Assembly: GCA_003344405.1 (NCBI GenBank)
Contig: NOWV01000103.1
Coordinates: 62,001 to 126,000 of the forward strand
DNA from: Trichoplax sp. H2
Lineage: Eukaryota
Length of the DNA stretch: 64,000 bases
Direction of reading: 5' to 3'
The notes beneath the pieces were generated by a model that made no database searches, was not told the DNA's origin, and worked only from the letters and a program-made list of their open reading frames with translations. Of the stretch, positions 59,201 through 64,000 are shown in pieces. The position numbers and the translations under genes were made by a program. Position 1 is the stretch's first letter. Each line of letters starts with the position of its first letter.

Positions 59201-61139
59201 GTGCAGTTAGTCGATATAATAATAATCAGAATCATTCTTTTTGAATCCCATTTTAATAATTAAGAAATGAAAGAAAATACACAAAAGATATGAATTAGAT
59301 CATTCCTGGTGCTTTCTTGGCACGAATCGCACGATAGAGCAATAAAGTGTAGCTACGTTGACGTTATATTTACTCAGTCACGAGATCGCAATAAACCAGT
59401 ACTACCAAAGACATCTGTCTATGTTGACATCACAGCCAAGGGGATATTGATGAGGAAGAGAGAAAATCTTCAACTTAGCATGTATTATCCAGATTGGATT
59501 GGATTGGAAGACATGGATAGTACTTAGCTATTAGTACAGTATATTAACGATAAGTTTTAATCTTTGATAGATACATGGTAAACAATCGAAGAATTGAATG
59601 TTAGGGATTAAAGGCCGAAAAAGGATAGCAACTATACAGTACAGTACTATGGCTGACCGTACCATAGCAAATAACTGTTTAATGCAGCACATTGATATCT
59701 TAATGATGGAATTAGTAAGTGGATAATAGTATAGAGTAATGGAATACAGTATCATCTACTGCGAGTGTAGAAAAAAAAAACCATTGTATAATCTTATTTT
59801 CAATAGTGAAGCCTTGTGAATTATTTGTTTCATCGATTGCTCCCCTTTGGCCATTCTTTAGCAGATGGAATGAATACATGGCTATCATGGTAGAAATCAC
59901 AAGACAATGTGAATTATCTAGCCAAGAATACAAATTAGTGTATACCGTATGTAGTCGAAATTTGATTTATTTATTACTGGTATAATTAATTTATTGCTAG
60001 CAAGTCCTTCAGTAACTGGTCGATCACCCCTCGCAAAATAAATTCTCGATTACAATTAGAATGTTGGATGTAATCGAAGTATACTAGTCTTCTCTCTACA
60101 CATATAAACGTAAAAACATGCATTGCTCAGCAGCGTCGAGATTGACCTATTATTTCTTCATAGAAGATGATGAAAATAGTATCAACGATTTCAATAATAT
60201 ACTAATCACACTGCCCAAATGTGCTATAATATCCATTGGATTCCAGTCGAACTGAATAAGCCACATGAGTACCAACCATAAAAGAAAAATTCGATGATAT
60301 AGCGTTACAATCGAGAGGATACTTGTCTTCCATACGTCTTATTATGGTGAAATAGAAAGTATGGAAATGGTCGTCTTGCGCCATTCAAAAGTTGCCCCAT
60401 ACGTACGGTACAGTACCCCAAGGGCTAAAGACGATTCTACAGTATCATGCGATAACTACCGATGAGAACATCATGTACTGTGGACGAGAGCACAGATCCA
60501 TTTGGATGTCATGACAAAATGGATCAACGAGGTAAAATGTGAAAACTAGGGGCCATTATTAGGATCTATGTTGATCCAGTCTACTTAGGTAGTTTGACAG
60601 TGTATCGTGTACTCAAGCTATTTTATCCCTTATTGATTAATTGAATTGAAGGAAAAAAGAGCAGTGGTGATAAAATGACTGAGATGAAATGGAACAAGAC
60701 CACACTCGATGTAATAGAGATAAAGTAGAAAAGCAATCCGATGATGGATCAAGGCTTGGTTAACATTAAACTGATTACCTGTACCACTTTCATCCACTGT
60801 ATAACTAACCAACGCAATACTATCTGGATCGCCAGTATCATCATCATTTTTGGGTTCATGATCCACTGGGCTAGGAGGAAGATCGTGATTGGATTGTTGA
60901 TTTTCGTCCAGATCATCACCCTTTTCACTGAGATTCAATTCAACTTGGCATGATTGCTCTTCAACACTCTCTTGTGCCTTATTGTCGTCATGGAGTGAAT
61001 TTTCATGAATACCATCCTGTTCTTCAACGATATCATCACCAGTTAGACTAGCACTACCTAAGGCAATATCTTCTTCAGAGACAGCGATGCTATCCAAGCT
61101 GGAATATCTTTCGCTGCTAGTGCTATTGATATCCGCCAT
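53220..61139 (-). CDS. APBA: X11/Mint/LIN-10 family adaptor (acidic N-terminus, TPR insert, PTB, PDZ, PDZ), about 17 exons
   Basis: PTB: DLTRGVVYDAD|YLGTT and LHNVSYIADIGNIVVLM...IAKSIGQAFDIAYEEF. PDZ1: LGIMIIPSGWGSLIP...GQLNVGDHLMFVNGISLV. PDZ2: WGFSVQDG...RGGIAERGGVRVGH. Tail TMPASMYKLMTDQETPEYI* matches the Mint PxYI tail. Splice phases are consistent from the ATG at 61139 through to the PTB domain. Confidence 0.9.
56490..57089 (-). other. Three-repeat TPR domain resembling Hop/STIP1 TPR2A, encoded by two exons of the Mint gene
   Basis: EKEKGNIAFRKNDFDEALEHYNKA...YINRA|ATYYNLEEY...LIARTYSRLGYSY...AITYFNSSL aligns by eye with Hop TPR2A [24 protein letters not shown]...ITNQAAVYF...IAKAYARIGNSY...AIHFYNKSL. 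Confidence 0.85.
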
Positions 61140-61299
61140 AGTCTTCTATCGATTGGCTTGGTGAAATTTTTCCAAGACGTCCAACACGTCTACTTCAATG
61201 GAAGCCAGTCAGAGTGGCCGAGCTTGTCATCACTCACTAGTAGTGTCACTACACATGGTAACCGTGGTCCTTTACTACGTACTGGCCACGCAGTCATAC

Positions 61300-62290
61300 T
61301 GTACGTTATGACAGTGTACAGTGCAGTCAGAGATTTGTACAGGTATCAAGATACTGTAGAGTAGTAGGGTTCTGTACCAGTGTCTACTGTACACTGTACA
61401 CTGTAGAGTACAGTCCTGGACCACTACAAGACCGGAACGCGACCGGTCGTCTCTAGTGGTACATGAGTGTACACTGTACTGTACAGTACGGTTCTGTACT
61501 GGTGTCTACAGTAGTGTGTACACTGTACAGTACTGTAGAGTCATGGACCACTACAGTACTGTACAAGACCGGAACGTGATCGGTCGTACTGTACTGTACA
61601 GTGATTGATTGATTACTCCAGCAATTTCACCCACTTTTAACTGGAGATAACCAGCGGACAAAAGGCTCTTTTGTCTTCCACTGGTCATACAGTACGTACT
61701 GTACAGTACAGTACAGTACAGCAACACCAGCAGTAACAGACTGGCAACTTTTGGATCGTGTCGCATACCCAATTTTATGACCATGTTGATGAACAAGGAC
61801 TAGTCTCTGATATTGGCCGCAATGCCGCTCACCACATCTACCCTCCAACAGATGCAACTTACAGGACAGTAGGTGCCTACCGGTCTATGCAGTATACAGT
61901 ACTGTAGATTAGATTCAAAAATAAATCAAAAATGCTACACAGATACTGTACAAAGTGGAGCGGATCGACACGTACACTGTACAGTATACTGAGTGCAGTC
62001 TTGCTCAAAAATGATGTCATTCCGACTGCTCACCAAGTGGTGTGTAGCCGGTCTTACAGTGTACAGTGTACAGTACGCTATACTGTAGCGCATCACCAAA
62101 GAAAAATCCTGATTGTGCGCAATGATGCTGTCCAACCATCCTTCCCACGCAGACTCAGTACTGGCCTACCTCAACCGGCTCTACTGTCTTTGATTCAAAC
62201 TAAGCAAACATGAACAAACTTGTTTATGTTTTACTCTTCTCTAGTATTGTACTGCACGTTTCTACTGTACCGATACACAGTACAGTACAC
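61300..62290. promoter_or_regulatory. Bidirectional promoter region between Mint and the SBNO-like gene, very TACAG/CTGTA-rich
   Basis: Head-to-head ATGs at 61139 (-) and 62458 (+), with dozens of tacag/ctgta copies in between. Confidence 0.7.
61364..61587. repeat. Imperfect two-copy direct repeat of ~90-100 bp within the bidirectional promoter
   Basis: ggttctgtac..gtgtctac...tggaccactaca...agaccggaacg.ga.cggtcgt occurs at ~61364-61450 and ~61486-61587. Confidence 0.75.
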
Positions 62291-62457
62291 ACTATAGGTG
62301 AAAATCAAACGTTGATCTGGACCGTAAATCAATCATGCCCTGGCCCACGAAATGTTTGCTAATAGCTTGTTGGCGCCAAAGTTAACTTTAAAAATAAAGT
62401 TAAATTATTAATTAATTGCAGTTGTACCCTGGTAAAAAATCAACTACTTGCCTACTT

Positions 62458-64000
62458 ATGGCTCATCATGATGAAGAGATCAATCGAATTGCCGATGAAG
62501 ATTATGGCCAAGAGAAAAATAGAGAAGTTTTCTTGCCCTATCGATGCCACTCCTTAGGTGATATTACTAACTACAAAAGTCATCCGGGAAATGTTGTCGA
62601 AGCTGCGTCTTTAGCTGCTCAAATCCTGCCGCCTACTAACTATCCGCTAAAAGATGCCTTACCACCACATTTAATACTTGATTGTAAATTAAGTGATTTG
62701 CAATTAGAAGGTATCTTACATGCATGCCAACGCCATCAGATGATCTTGCCGAAGGGTGCTAGAGCTGGATTCTATCTTGGAGATGCTGCTGGAGTAGGCA
62801 AAGGAAGACAAATTGCTGGTATCATTATTAATAATTATGTCCGTGGCCGACGAAAACATTTATGGTTTAGCACATCTCACGATTTAAGGATAGATGCTGA
62901 AAGAGATTTAAAAGATATAAATTGCTTTATTAAGGTCATTGATGGTTGTCAAGAGTTAGATCGTGAGACCAGAGTTGCAGGCATGTCTCCACAAGTCAAA
63001 GATGGCATTCTATTTAATACTTATGCTACGTTGATATCATCAGGTCAACGTGGTTTCAATCCAACCCATACACGAGGTAGTCGAATACAACAAATTCTGG
63101 ATTGGTGTGGCGATAATTTTAATGGTTGCTTAATCTTTGATGAGTGCCATAAAGCAAAACAATTTATACCCGGCAATGAAGCTGCCAGTACCAAAGCTGC
63201 AGTTGCTGCAATTGCCTTACAAAGGCAATTGCCTAAGGCTCGCGTTGTCTATTGCAGCGCTACCGGTGTCACTAATGTTAAGAATATGGCATTTATGGAA
63301 AGACTTGGACTATGGGGTGATAATACAGCCTTTAAAAATGTTGAAAATTTTATCCAAGCCATGACCACACGTGGTCTAGGCGCATCAGAAATGTTAGCCA
63401 TGGAAATGAAAGCTGCAGGAATGTATGTTTCAAGAGGTCTAAGCTTTGAATCTGCTGAATTTCACACTGTTGAAATTAATTTAACCGATGAACAAATTAG
63501 AGTGTATAATTTATCTGCTCGAGTCTGGCAACAATTAGCTGAAGCAATTAAAAAAGCAATCAGCCACACTAAAAGTTCCGCAAGTCGTATATGGACTGTT
63601 TATTGGAGTTGCCATCAACGATTTTTTAAACAACTTTGTATGTCTTTAAAAGTACCAGCCATTGTACGGGAAGCCAAAGCTGCTCTGGATGAAGGATATT
63701 GTGTTGTTATCGGTTTGCAAACCACTGGAGAAGCTAGCTTAGACAATGAAATTACTCGCCAAGGGAACAACACACATGGCTATATCTCCACTGCGAAGGA
63801 AATTTTAGTACGGTTTATTTTACAACATTTTCCAATCGAAGAGAAAACATCCAAAGGCACTAAAATTAATGCATGGTGTAAAAATGCTGCCGATGCCTTA
63901 CTACAATTCATCGATAATATTAATTTACCGAATTGCTCCTTAGATGAGTTAATTCAACAATTGGGTGGTACTAATTGTGTCGCTGAAATGACTGGACGCC
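62458..64000 (+). CDS. SBNO: Strawberry notch-like SF2 helicase-family protein, 3' truncated by the window
   Basis: Reading frame of over 510 codons open to the window end, not in the ORF track because it has no stop. Motifs: HPGNVVEAASLA, LSDLQLEG, GFYLGDAAGVGKGRQIAG (Walker A), LIFDECHKAK (Walker B), RVVYCSATG, YWSCHQRFFKQL, CVVIGLQTTGE, LDELIQQLGG..VAEMTGR. An in-frame acceptor at 62421 could add upstream exons. Confidence 0.92.
   Translation, partial: MAHHDEEINRIADEDYGQEKNREVFLPYRCHSLGDITNYKSHPGNVVEAASLAAQILPPTNYPLKDALPPHLILDCKLSDLQLEGILHACQRHQMILPKGARAGFYLGDAAGVGKGRQIAGIIINNYVRGRRKHLWFSTSHDLRIDAERDLKDINCFIKVIDGCQELDRETRVAGMSPQVKDGILFNTYATLISSGQRGFNPTHTRGSRIQQILDWCGDNFNGCLIFDECHKAKQFIPGNEAASTKAAVAAIALQRQLPKARVVYCSATGVTNVKNMAFMERLGLWGDNTAFKNVENFIQAMTTRGLGASEMLAMEMKAAGMYVSRGLSFESAEFHTVEINLTDEQIRVYNLSARVWQQLAEAIKKAISHTKSSASRIWTVYWSCHQRFFKQLCMSLKVPAIVREAKAALDEGYCVVIGLQTTGEASLDNEITRQGNNTHGYISTAKEILVRFILQHFPIEEKTSKGTKINAWCKNAADALLQFIDNINLPNCSLDELIQQLGGTNCVAEMTGR

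Noticed and set aside
63137-63364. 75-aa plus-strand ORF in the track
   Set aside because: It is an alternate frame inside the SBNO-like reading frame.

Overview
AT-rich, intron-dense eukaryotic (animal-type) genomic DNA with short GT-AG introns. The style suggests a compact early-branching animal genome such as a placozoan, but that is inference only. In order, the window holds: the last 18 codons of RPS15 (+); a large multi-exon coiled-coil gene (-); a canonical 18-exon eEF2 gene (-); a tandem eEF2 paralog with the same 18 exons (-); an EPB41L4A-like FERM gene (-); a ~9 kb stretch with no convincing protein gene; an X11/Mint (APBA) PTB-PDZ-PDZ adaptor (-); and the start of a strawberry notch-like SF2 helicase ORF that runs uninterrupted off the window end (+). 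Two observations stand out. (1) The eEF2 paralog has an intact spliced frame, but every GTPase motif is degraded (G1 AKTEEGKS, switch I shortened by 13 aa, G3 DMPTN, G4 DNMD), the Thr56-equivalent is lost and the diphthamide loop carries G->V, while domain IV is largely conserved. It is a candidate eEF2 pseudo-GTPase. (2) The Mint gene carries an in-frame Hop/STIP1 TPR2A-like domain. (TACAG)n clusters mark four promoter regions but not the paralog's. Exon structures were assembled by eye, and no database searches were run.
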